This document shows positions 30,018-38,588 of a DNA stretch of 64,000 bases, piece by piece. Made by a program: the position numbers and the translations under genes. Source of the stretch: Candidatus Binataceae bacterium (GTDB taxonomy: Bacteria > Desulfobacterota > Binatia > Binatales > Binataceae); assembly GCA_035626155.1 (NCBI GenBank), contig DASPOF010000027.1, positions 10,685-74,684 of the forward strand, written 5' to 3'. Within the stretch, counting starts at the first letter, position 1; the number at the start of each line of letters is the position of its first letter. Below the pieces are notes generated by a model. That model was given only the letters and a program-made list of their open reading frames with translations. It was not told the origin of the DNA and ran no database searches.

Positions 30018-30224
30018 ATGAACGCTGCAGCTATAAGAGAAACCCAAGGACGCCTGTATTTCCGTGGCGATAACGCAGCCGAGGCCAAGCCGATGAACGC
30101 GGCAGCCGCACCGGAACGCGAAGGCCGCCTGTTCTTCGTCGTGATCGACAGCCTGATCGCGCTCTCGCTCGTGGCCACCGCGGTATCGATCGCCGTGCTG
30201 TGCATCGCGGCAGCCTCGCTCTGA
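30018..30224 (+). CDS. Small membrane protein with duplicated N-terminal motif (MNAAA...GRLYF / MNAAA...GRLFF)
   Basis: GAGGT RBS 7 nt before the ATG and a C-terminal TM helix (VVIDSLIALSLVATAVSIAVLCIAAASL). Confidence 0.4.
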   Translation: MNAAAIRETQGRLYFRGDNAAEAKPMNAAAAPEREGRLFFVVIDSLIALSLVATAVSIAVLCIAAASL

Positions 30225-30336
30225 GCCTCGGCCGCGCCGATACGAGGCGCGGCAGCGGCGATATGAGCCAGGGATCGGGATTTGTGACGGTTAGTTGGTA
30301 CGGGCAATGAGGAGCGCTTGAGGAGAAGGAACTCAG

Positions 30337-31629
30337 ATGGACGCCAAGGCAAGTTACGAACTTGAGACCCCCCGCACGGTCGATCAACTTTGGGGCGCGG
30401 TCGTGGTGCTGGCCGGAATTTTCGGCTTCGCCATTTATATGTATCACTTCCAGTTCAGCGAGGGGCTCGGCGTGACCGGGCTCAACAAGCCCGTGTTCTG
30501 GGGCGTGTACATCGCCAACTTCATCTTCTGGGTTGGACTGAGCGCCGGCGGGATCGCGGTCTCTGCATTGGTCCATCTGATGGACAAGAAGGAGATGAAG
30601 CCGGTTGCGATCATGGCCGAGATCATGGCGGGAGGTTTTCTGATGGTCGCCGCCATGTTCATCATCATGGACCTCGGCCGCCCGACCAACATGTACCAGT
30701 TGTTCCTGCATCCGAATTTCACTTCACCGCTGCTGTGGGACGTGACGGTGGTGAACTGCTACCTGCTGCTGTGCCTGGCGCTGCTGTATTTCAGCGCGCG
30801 CGAGCACATCGTGCGCCGCCTCGGTCATAAGGCAGCGTGGAAGCCGATCGTTTTCCTGGTGTCGCTCGGGCGCACCAGCCTCTCTCCCGCCTCGGTGGAG
30901 CGCGACCATCGATGCCTGTGGGTGCTCGCCGTGATTTCGATTCCGGCGGCCGTTGCGCTTCACTCCGTGACCGCGTGGATCCTGGGGCTGGTTAAGGGAC
31001 AGCCGGGATGGAACACGCCGATACTCGCGCCGCTGTTCATCGCATCGGCGCTGGTGTCCGGGTTCGCCGCGGTGACGCTTGCGGTAATCGTTGCGCGCCG
31101 GCTGTTCGCCTTCCAGGTATCCGAGGAAGTCATACAGACCTTCGGCCGATATCTGGTCGTCGCGATTCTCATCCTGATGTACCTGTTTTTCAGCGAATTC
31201 CTTACGGTTGGTTATTCCGGGAGCCTGAGCCATATCGAGGTGTTCGATGAGATTCTGTTCGGCAGGTTCTCCGGGATTTTCTGGTTTGACGCGATAATTG
31301 GAATTCTCATCCCGCTCCTGTTACTGACCCTTCCATGGAACAAGTCGATGTTCACGGTGGGAGTAGCTTCGGCGCTGGTGGTGATTGGGGTGTTCGCCGA
31401 ACGGACCTATCTGCTGCTCCCATCGCTGATGAGGCCCAACAGCCTCACGGGCTCGGCTTCGTCCTACACGCCGACGGTGCTCGAATGGTCGCTGATGGCC
31501 GGCGCGTATGCCTTCGGTTGCCTGCTGTTCCTGGGCGGGATGGGCCTGATATTTGGCCGTCCGCCCCGCGCTGCACGCGAAGTGACCGAGGCAATTCCTG
31601 CGACCATGGTCACGGCGCCTCAGAACTGA
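30337..31629 (+). CDS. NrfD/PsrC-family polytopic membrane quinone-interacting subunit
   Basis: GAGGAGAAGGA RBS; about 10 TM helices with the NrfD pattern (GLNKPVFWGVYIANFIFWVGLSAGG..., PLLWDV). Confidence 0.8.
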   Translation: MDAKASYELETPRTVDQLWGAVVVLAGIFGFAIYMYHFQFSEGLGVTGLNKPVFWGVYIANFIFWVGLSAGGIAVSALVHLMDKKEMKPVAIMAEIMAGGFLMVAAMFIIMDLGRPTNMYQLFLHPNFTSPLLWDVTVVNCYLLLCLALLYFSAREHIVRRLGHKAAWKPIVFLVSLGRTSLSPASVERDHRCLWVLAVISIPAAVALHSVTAWILGLVKGQPGWNTPILAPLFIASALVSGFAAVTLAVIVARRLFAFQVSEEVIQTFGRYLVVAILILMYLFFSEFLTVGYSGSLSHIEVFDEILFGRFSGIFWFDAIIGILIPLLLLTLPWNKSMFTVGVASALVVIGVFAERTYLLLPSLMRPNSLTGSASSYTPTVLEWSLMAGAYAFGCLLFLGGMGLIFGRPPRAAREVTEAIPATMVTAPQN

Positions 31630-31821
31630 CGGCGCAGAGATGAGGCGGCCTTCCCCGCCGGCCGCGATTTGAGGTATCGATAACCTCGTCAGTACGCGGG
31701 GGAAGATTCCGGCCTGCCGCTCTCCAGAGAGCAGGCAGGCCGGAAGTTCAAAGAGAGAACCGAATCCGTACCGCCCCTCGTGTTTGGAGCATCGCCCAAG
31801 GTGTAAGGAGCATCGCCCAAG

Positions 31822-33360
31822 ATGGAACCGGAATCGAGCAACGGCGAGCCTGAAGAGGCTCGAGCCTCGAAGGAGGAACCAAAGGAAGCGGAATCAATTC
31901 GTCGGCCGCCTCTGAGCCTGCTGCGCAACTGGATAAGCCTCACCGGTGTGATTATCGGCGGCTTCACGCTGGCGAACATGCTGGCGCTCCTGCTCGCAGC
32001 GACCATCCTGGGGATGCGGCCGAGTCCTTACTTCGGCATCGTCGTTTACCTCTTGTTCCCCGCGATCGCGCTGGTCGGCCTGCTGCTGATCGTCGTGGGG
32101 ATGCTGTTCCAGCGCCGCCGGCTGCGCCGGCTCGCTTCGGCCGCGGCGGAGGCCCAGCAGGCGGCGTACTTGTTTCGCCACGGCGTTATGGCTCTGGGGG
32201 CCTTCTCGCTGATCTTCGCGATGGGGACAGCGCTGGCGAGCTATCACGGCTACCAGTTCACCGATTCGGCGACGTTCTGCGGTCAGACGTGCCACACCCC
32301 GATGAGGCCGGAATTCACCGCCTACCAGGACTCCCCGCACGCGCGGGTCGCCTGCGTGGGCTGCCACGTCGGACCCGGCGCCACCTGGTTCGTGCGCTCC
32401 AAGCTCTCGGGCCTCTACCAGGTCTATGCGGTCACGTTCGACAAGTACCCAAAACCGATCACGACCCCGATCAAGGAATTGCGCCCGGTTCGGTCTGCGT
32501 GCGAGCAATGTCACTGGCCGCAAAAGTTCTACGGCGCGCAGCTCAAGGCCTTCGCCCATTACGCATACGACGAGAAGAACACGCCCACCCGGATCGAGCT
32601 GTTAATCAAGACCGGAGGAGGAAGCGCCGAGTTCGGCCGCGCCACCGGAATCCACTGGCACATGAACATCGCCAACGAAGTCTGGTACGTGGCGTCAGAC
32701 AAGCAGGCCCAGGTGATTCCCTGGGTGAAAGTAAAGACCCCTGACGGAAGGACCACGGAGTATGTCGCCAAGGGCAGTACGCTCACCCCGAAGCAGATCG
32801 AGGCGATGCCGACCGAGGTGATGGACTGCGTAACCTGCCACACCCGCCCGTCCCATAAGTTCCGTTCGCCCGATCAGGCGGTGGATGAGGCGTTCGAGGC
32901 GGGCCAGATCGATCCTTCGCTTCCTTATTTGAAGAGGGAGGCGGTAAAGGCCCTGATTACCAAGTACGGCACGGTGGAAGAGGCGACCGAAAAAATCGCA
33001 ACCGCTCTCGACAGCTTCTACCACAACCAATATCCGCAGGTTTATGCGACCAAGTTTCCGCAGATAGAGTCCGCGGTCAGCACCATACAGCAGATCTACC
33101 AGAACAATATTTTCCCTGACATGCGCGTAGATTGGACGACGCATCAGGATAACATCGGCCACATGTATTACCCCGGATGTTTCCGCTGTCACGACGGGCA
33201 GCACGCCAGCGCCGACGGCCGGGTGATACCTGATGAATGCGAATCGTGTCACACGGTCCTTGCGACTCCCACCAGCGTCGCCGAGTTCAAGCATCCGATC
33301 GACCTCAAGAAGCTCGGCAGTTTGACTTGCAGCGCCTGCCACACCGGGCGCGTGCTGTAG
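31822..33360 (+). CDS. Membrane-anchored heptahaem c-type cytochrome (ImcH/NapC-NirT-like quinol dehydrogenase candidate)
   Basis: Three N-terminal TM helices then 7 CXXCH motifs (CGQTCH, CVGCH, CEQCH, CVTCH, CFRCH, CESCH, CSACH). AAGGAG RBS. Confidence 0.8.
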   Translation: MEPESSNGEPEEARASKEEPKEAESIRRPPLSLLRNWISLTGVIIGGFTLANMLALLLAATILGMRPSPYFGIVVYLLFPAIALVGLLLIVVGMLFQRRRLRRLASAAAEAQQAAYLFRHGVMALGAFSLIFAMGTALASYHGYQFTDSATFCGQTCHTPMRPEFTAYQDSPHARVACVGCHVGPGATWFVRSKLSGLYQVYAVTFDKYPKPITTPIKELRPVRSACEQCHWPQKFYGAQLKAFAHYAYDEKNTPTRIELLIKTGGGSAEFGRATGIHWHMNIANEVWYVASDKQAQVIPWVKVKTPDGRTTEYVAKGSTLTPKQIEAMPTEVMDCVTCHTRPSHKFRSPDQAVDEAFEAGQIDPSLPYLKREAVKALITKYGTVEEATEKIATALDSFYHNQYPQVYATKFPQIESAVSTIQQIYQNNIFPDMRVDWTTHQDNIGHMYYPGCFRCHDGQHASADGRVIPDECESCHTVLATPTSVAEFKHPIDLKKLGSLTCSACHTGRVL

Positions 33361-33373
33361 AGATCCGGCAGCT

Positions 33374-34120
33374 ATGAAAAGCTCGCTACCAAAGTTCCCC
33401 GAACAAATCGGAAGGCTGGCAATCGTAGCCGTTCTGCTGTTTGCAGCACTCTCGTGGATCTGGCTGGTGCTGCCGCCCTCTTTAAAGGAAAGAAGCTTGC
33501 AGCGCGAGGCGGCGACCGAGCGGGAGCAGGCCAAGGACCTCAAGTACGCAGGGGCGACGATCTGCGGCGCCTGCCACGTGCCGGAGTACAACACCAAGAA
33601 GACCGGCTACCATCGAAGCCTGTCCTGCGAGACTTGTCACGGACCGGCCAGGGCGCATACGCACAATCCGGCCAAGGTGAAGCCGGAGATACCTCAGAGC
33701 CGGAACTTTTGCCCGCTCTGCCACGCTTACGATCCGTCTCGCCCGCTGGGCTTCCCGCAAATCAATCCGGTGGCCCACAACCCGATGAAGCCGTGCGTGA
33801 CCTGCCACAACCCGCACGATCCGAAGCCGCCGCAGACGCCTCAGAGCTGCGCGGCCTGCCATCAGAGCATCATGCGCGCCAAGGCGGTGTCTCCTCACGC
33901 GCTTCTCGAGTGCACTACCTGCCACGTGGCTCCCGAGGAGCACCGGGTCGATCCCCTGAGCACGCAGGTCAGCAAGCCGAGCAGCCGCGAATTCTGCGGC
34001 CAGTGTCATAGCAAGGACTCGAAGATTCCCGGACCGCCGAAGATCGATCTCGCGAGTCACCACGAAAAGTATCTCTGCTGGCAATGCCATTATCCGCATA
34101 TGCCGACGGTTTACCGATGA
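33374..34120 (+). CDS. Membrane-anchored octahaem c-type cytochrome
   Basis: One N-terminal TM helix and 8 CXXCH motifs in 248 aa. Confidence 0.8.
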   Translation: MKSSLPKFPEQIGRLAIVAVLLFAALSWIWLVLPPSLKERSLQREAATEREQAKDLKYAGATICGACHVPEYNTKKTGYHRSLSCETCHGPARAHTHNPAKVKPEIPQSRNFCPLCHAYDPSRPLGFPQINPVAHNPMKPCVTCHNPHDPKPPQTPQSCAACHQSIMRAKAVSPHALLECTTCHVAPEEHRVDPLSTQVSKPSSREFCGQCHSKDSKIPGPPKIDLASHHEKYLCWQCHYPHMPTVYR

Positions 34121-34129
34121 GGCTGGCTT

Positions 34130-34879
34130 ATGAATAGAAGAGCCTTCCTGAGAACGCTGGGCGCCACCATCGTGCGGGCCGGGGTATTCCTCGGACTCTC
34201 GCGCGCCGGCGCGGTAGGAGCCGCCATCGAGGGCGCGGCGCCGGAAGAGAAGCCGCGCTACGGCATGGCGATCGATATCGACCGGTGCATCGGGTGCGCC
34301 CGCTGCATGGAAGCGTGCAAGACCGAAAATAACGTCCCGCAGGAACCGTTCTACTTTCGCACCTGGGTGGAGCGCTACGTCATCAAGACCGACGAAAGCC
34401 TGACCGTCCAGAACGTCGGGATGGAGAAGTACCAGATCGCGGAACCGATCAACGAGTGGGATATCCTGCGCAGCTTCTTCGTTCCCAAGCTGTGCAACCA
34501 GTGCGACCATCCGCCCTGCACGCAGGTGTGCCCGGTAGGCGCGACGTTCTCCACCGAGGAGGGCGTGATCCTCATCGACTCGACCCGCTGTATCGGTTGC
34601 GGCTACTGCATCCAGGCCTGTCCCTACGGCGCCCGCTATCTCCGACCGGATACCAAGACCGCGGACAAATGCACCTTCTGCTACCATCGAATCACCAAAG
34701 GACTGCTGCCAGCCTGCGTGGAAGTGTGCCCGACGCAAGCGAGGGTGTTCGGCGAGCTGAACACCAGCGCGAGCCCTCTCACCCGCTTCAAGCGCATGGA
34801 GATGATCCATGTGCTTAAGCCCCATCTGAATACGGAGCCCAAAGTTTTCTACGCGAATCTGGACGGGTTAGTCAGATGA
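34130..34879 (+). CDS. Tat-exported 4x[4Fe-4S] ferredoxin-type subunit (PsrB/NrfC/HybA-like)
   Basis: Twin-arginine signal (NRRAFLRTLGA) and four Cys clusters (CIGCARCMEAC, CNQCDHPPCTQVCP, CIGCGYCIQACP, CTFC...CVEVCP). Confidence 0.85.
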   Translation: MNRRAFLRTLGATIVRAGVFLGLSRAGAVGAAIEGAAPEEKPRYGMAIDIDRCIGCARCMEACKTENNVPQEPFYFRTWVERYVIKTDESLTVQNVGMEKYQIAEPINEWDILRSFFVPKLCNQCDHPPCTQVCPVGATFSTEEGVILIDSTRCIGCGYCIQACPYGARYLRPDTKTADKCTFCYHRITKGLLPACVEVCPTQARVFGELNTSASPLTRFKRMEMIHVLKPHLNTEPKVFYANLDGLVR

Positions 34880-36072
34880 CCCACAACGAAATGTTCGAGC
34901 TGCTCAAGCAGGTCACCGGCCACATCTATCCCAACGAGATCGAGATGCGGTGGTCGATTCTGATCGTCCTGTACCCCTATCTCACGGGATTGGTGGCGGG
35001 AGCTTTCATCCTGGCCTCGCTCGTCGAGGTGTTCAACGTAAAGGAAGTGCAGCCGACTTACCGGCTGGCGCTGCTGACGGCGTTGTCTTTTCTGCTCGTC
35101 GCGCCGCTGCCCCTGCTGTGCCATCTCGGGCGGCCGGAGCGGGCCTACGAGGTGTTGCTGACGCCGAACCTGACCTCGGCGATGGCGATGTTCGGCTTCG
35201 TATATGCCTGGTACCTGATGGTGGTCCTGCTGCTGGAGATATGGTTTGGCTACCGCAAGGATCTGATCGTGTGGGCTAAGCAGGAAAAATTCCCGATGAA
35301 GTGGATTCATCGGGTGATTAGCCTGTTCTCGACGGATATCAGCGAGGAAGCGGTCCGATTCGATCACAAGGCGGTAAAGTTCATCACCGCGATCGGTATC
35401 CCGTCCGCTTTTCTGCTCCACGGCTATGTCGGATTCATCTTCGGATCGGTCAAGGCGAATCCGTGGTGGAGTAGCGTCTTGATGCCGATCGTGTTCCTGT
35501 TCTCCGCCATCGTGTCGGGAATCGCGATGGTGCTGCTGCTGTACATGGTCATTATTCCGATGCGGAAGGAACATATCGACATGAACTGCGTCGATCGGAT
35601 CGCGTCGTTTTTGTTTTACGCGGTAATCGTCGACTTCTCTCTCGAGCTGCTCGATTTCATCCACCGTCTCTATGAGAGCGAGGAATCGATCAAGATCCTG
35701 TCCGCGCTGATCATCAACAAGCTCTTCATCAGCCTGGTGGTGATCCAGGTCCTGCTCGGGATGCTGGTGCCGCTCGCGGTCCTGGTGGTGATACAGCTTT
35801 TCAGCGTCGAGGAGGAACTGAGACGGCTTCTGTACTTCGTCACGGCGATCCTGATTCAAGTGGGGATCTTCAGCGTCCGATGGAACGTCGTCATCGGGGG
35901 CCAGATGTTTTCCAAGAGCTTCCTTGGCTTGACGACCTATAAGATGGAGCTGCTCGGAGTCGAGGGTCTCGCGACAGCGCTCGGGCTGTTGATCCTGCCG
36001 TTCATCATCCTGGCGGTTCTGATGAAGATCTTTCCGCCGTGGGGCGCGCCAGGACAGGTCCAGGAAGCGTAG
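34876..36072 (+). CDS. NrfD-family membrane subunit (second copy)
   Basis: ATGA-coupled to the FeS gene; polytopic. Confidence 0.75.
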   Translation: MTHNEMFELLKQVTGHIYPNEIEMRWSILIVLYPYLTGLVAGAFILASLVEVFNVKEVQPTYRLALLTALSFLLVAPLPLLCHLGRPERAYEVLLTPNLTSAMAMFGFVYAWYLMVVLLLEIWFGYRKDLIVWAKQEKFPMKWIHRVISLFSTDISEEAVRFDHKAVKFITAIGIPSAFLLHGYVGFIFGSVKANPWWSSVLMPIVFLFSAIVSGIAMVLLLYMVIIPMRKEHIDMNCVDRIASFLFYAVIVDFSLELLDFIHRLYESEESIKILSALIINKLFISLVVIQVLLGMLVPLAVLVVIQLFSVEEELRRLLYFVTAILIQVGIFSVRWNVVIGGQMFSKSFLGLTTYKMELLGVEGLATALGLLILPFIILAVLMKIFPPWGAPGQVQEA

Positions 36073-36326
36073 CGCCCTTTCGATTGGGGCGCACATCCCC
36101 GTAGCGCATCGGCGTTCGTACTTCAGAACAGCAAGTCCGCACCACGTCGAGCTTGAATGCCGGCACCTCGGGAATCGAACGAGATGACTTAGGCCGCGAG
36201 TGCCGGTGCGATAAAGCGATGTTGCGGCGGGGCGGGAAAATCAGGCTTGCCCTGATGGAGCCAATCGACGCGGCCGGTCGCGCGCGGTGAGAACGGGACG
36301 GCGCGAGCGGGAGGCCGGAGCGAACA

Positions 36327-37568
36327 ATGGTGGATGCATCAGGGCGGGCGCTGAGCGGCCTTGCGCACATCGCGCGGGCTATTGCGGCAATCTTGCTATT
36401 CGGCGTCGCGGCTGCGCAGGCCGGTCCCGCACAGGCGCCGGTCGATTGTCTATCCTGCCATAATGCGCAGCCCCCCGCCGCGGAGGCGGCCGGCGCGGTC
36501 AGCTTTTACGTGAACAAGGAGCTGTTCCACTCCTCGGTTCATTCGGCCTTCGGTTGCACCGCTTGCCATTCCGACATTCATGGCTTTCCCCATCCCAAGC
36601 CGGTGCGGCAGGTCTCATGCTCCGGGTGCCACCCGCAACAAACTTCGGCGTTCGCCGGCAGCATTCACGCGGCCGCCGCGGCCGAAAAGAAGCGCTCCTT
36701 TCCGGCTTGCCTGGATTGTCACGGGAACCCTCATGGCGTGCGCGCGATGACCGACCCGAAGTCGCGAGTTTACCCTCTCAACCTCCCGCGCACCTGCGGC
36801 TCGTGTCACGGAAGCCCCGAGCTTGCCAGGAAATACGGCTTTCCAAACGTGTACCCGCTTTACATGGACTCGATTCACGGCTTGGCACTGACCAGCGATG
36901 GCCTGCTGGTGGCCGCCACGTGCGCGAGTTGCCACGGCGCGCACGACATCGCCGACAAGAACGATCCCAGGAGCCGGACCTTCCGCACCAATGTTCCTGC
37001 GACTTGCGGCAAGTGCCATGCAGGCATCCAGGCCGATTACCGCGCCGGTGTTCATGGAGCGAAGATGGCCGCCGGGGACGCGAATGCTCCGGTGTGCACG
37101 GATTGCCATACCGCGCATCAGATCGCGCACGTGGACATCACGAACTGGCAAGTCAAAACCGTCGCCACTTGCGGCAACTGCCACAAGGAAAAACTGCAAA
37201 GCTACCGCGATACCTTCCATGGCCAGGTGACCGAACTCGGCTTCGTCGCCACCGCGCGATGCTGGAGTTGCCATGGCCCGCACAAAATTCTTCCCGCCTC
37301 GAATCCGCAATCCACAGTCGCAGCGCCAAATCTCTCCGCCACCTGCAGCAAGTGTCACCGCGGCGTAACCGCAAGCTTTGTCACTTACGAGCCCCATCCC
37401 GATGCGCGCGATCGGCAGCGCAATCCGGGCCTGTATTATTCCGCCAACTTCATGAACCTGCTGCTGTTGGGGGTCTTCGTTTTCTTCGGGGTGCACACGC
37501 AGCTTTGGCTTACGCGGTCGTTGATCAGGGGACGAAAACAGGATCCGCGGCAACCGCCACGTTTCTGA
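36327..37568 (+). CDS. 11-haem c-type cytochrome with signal peptide and C-terminal TM anchor (CbcL/CbcA-like haem domain)
   Basis: 11 CXXCH motifs and a C-terminal hydrophobic helix (NLLLLGVFVFFGV). GGGAGG RBS. Confidence 0.8.
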   Translation: MVDASGRALSGLAHIARAIAAILLFGVAAAQAGPAQAPVDCLSCHNAQPPAAEAAGAVSFYVNKELFHSSVHSAFGCTACHSDIHGFPHPKPVRQVSCSGCHPQQTSAFAGSIHAAAAAEKKRSFPACLDCHGNPHGVRAMTDPKSRVYPLNLPRTCGSCHGSPELARKYGFPNVYPLYMDSIHGLALTSDGLLVAATCASCHGAHDIADKNDPRSRTFRTNVPATCGKCHAGIQADYRAGVHGAKMAAGDANAPVCTDCHTAHQIAHVDITNWQVKTVATCGNCHKEKLQSYRDTFHGQVTELGFVATARCWSCHGPHKILPASNPQSTVAAPNLSATCSKCHRGVTASFVTYEPHPDARDRQRNPGLYYSANFMNLLLLGVFVFFGVHTQLWLTRSLIRGRKQDPRQPPRF

Positions 37569-38417
37569 ATGACAATGGAGCAAGTGGTGGAGAATAACGA
37601 TTCAGAGCGCTACTATTTCCGATTTACACTCGGTCAGCGCTACCTGCACGGCTTGTTGATCACGACGTTCCTGGCTCTTGCATGCACCGGGATGACGCTG
37701 CGGTTCAGCGAAACGCTCTGGGCTAAGCGGTTCGCGGAAGCGGCGGGCGGATTCACTGCGATTCTCTCGATACACAAGCTCTGCGCGGTGATCATCACGG
37801 CGGGCTTCATCTATCATGTCGCTGAAATCGTCGTCAGGGTGATGATGAAGGGAGAGCGAGGACTCCTGTGGGGGCCGAACTCGATGCTTCCGCAGCCGAA
37901 GGACGCGCTGGATCTTCTTCAGCACCTGCGCTGGTTTCTCTGGATGGGTCCGCCGCCCGAATTCGATCGTTTTACCTATTGGGAGAAGTTTGACTATTGG
38001 GCGGTGTTCTGGGGAATGGCGGTTATCGGAATCACTGGATACATGATGTGGTTCGGGCCGTTCTTCGCCCGCTTCGTCCCGGGTTACGTCCTGAATATCG
38101 CGCTCCTGATCCACGGCGAGGAAGCCTTGCTCGCGGTTTGGTTCATCTTCATGGTGCATTTCTTCAATTCCCATCTGCGCCCCGGGAAATTCGCGTTCGA
38201 CTCGGTGATGTTTACCGGGCGGCTGACCGCCGAGCGCTACGAGCACGAACATCTGCTGGATTATTCGCGCTTGGGCGAGTCGGGCGCGCTCGAAAGCCTG
38301 CGCACCGACGCGCCTCCGCTTTGGCTGAAAAATTTCTCCCGCGTGATCGCAATTGTCGCGGTCAGCATCGGCTTTTCTTTGCTGGTGCTGACGCTGATCG
38401 CATTCTGGAGCCGATAG
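37569..38417 (+). CDS. Dihaem b-type cytochrome (FdnI/HyaC-like membrane subunit)
   Basis: Immediately adjacent to the 11-haem gene, 4-5 TM helices with conserved His (RYLHGLL, HKLCAVI, HGEEALL, HFFNSH). Paralog of 45858-46559. Confidence 0.75.
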   Translation: MTMEQVVENNDSERYYFRFTLGQRYLHGLLITTFLALACTGMTLRFSETLWAKRFAEAAGGFTAILSIHKLCAVIITAGFIYHVAEIVVRVMMKGERGLLWGPNSMLPQPKDALDLLQHLRWFLWMGPPPEFDRFTYWEKFDYWAVFWGMAVIGITGYMMWFGPFFARFVPGYVLNIALLIHGEEALLAVWFIFMVHFFNSHLRPGKFAFDSVMFTGRLTAERYEHEHLLDYSRLGESGALESLRTDAPPLWLKNFSRVIAIVAVSIGFSLLVLTLIAFWSR

Positions 38418-38517
38418 GCGCCCGCGCTGACAACGCCGGCTTGACTCTGACCCCGCCTCAGGCGGAGATAGCCGAAGTAAAGCTGACCCACTTTCGCCAG
38501 GCGACGGGGTGGAGTGC

Positions 38518-38537
38518 GAGGAGGGCTGCCCCTCCTC
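38518..38537. terminator. Perfect 8-bp GC hairpin (gaggagggctgcccctcctc) between convergent genes
   Basis: Sits between the cytochrome b gene (+) and the sulfatase gene (-). No strong U-tract. Confidence 0.35.
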
Positions 38538-38588
38538 GCCAGTCCGTCAGAGAGCCTCGCCGATCGATGGCTCTTCTCGAGCGCCTCA

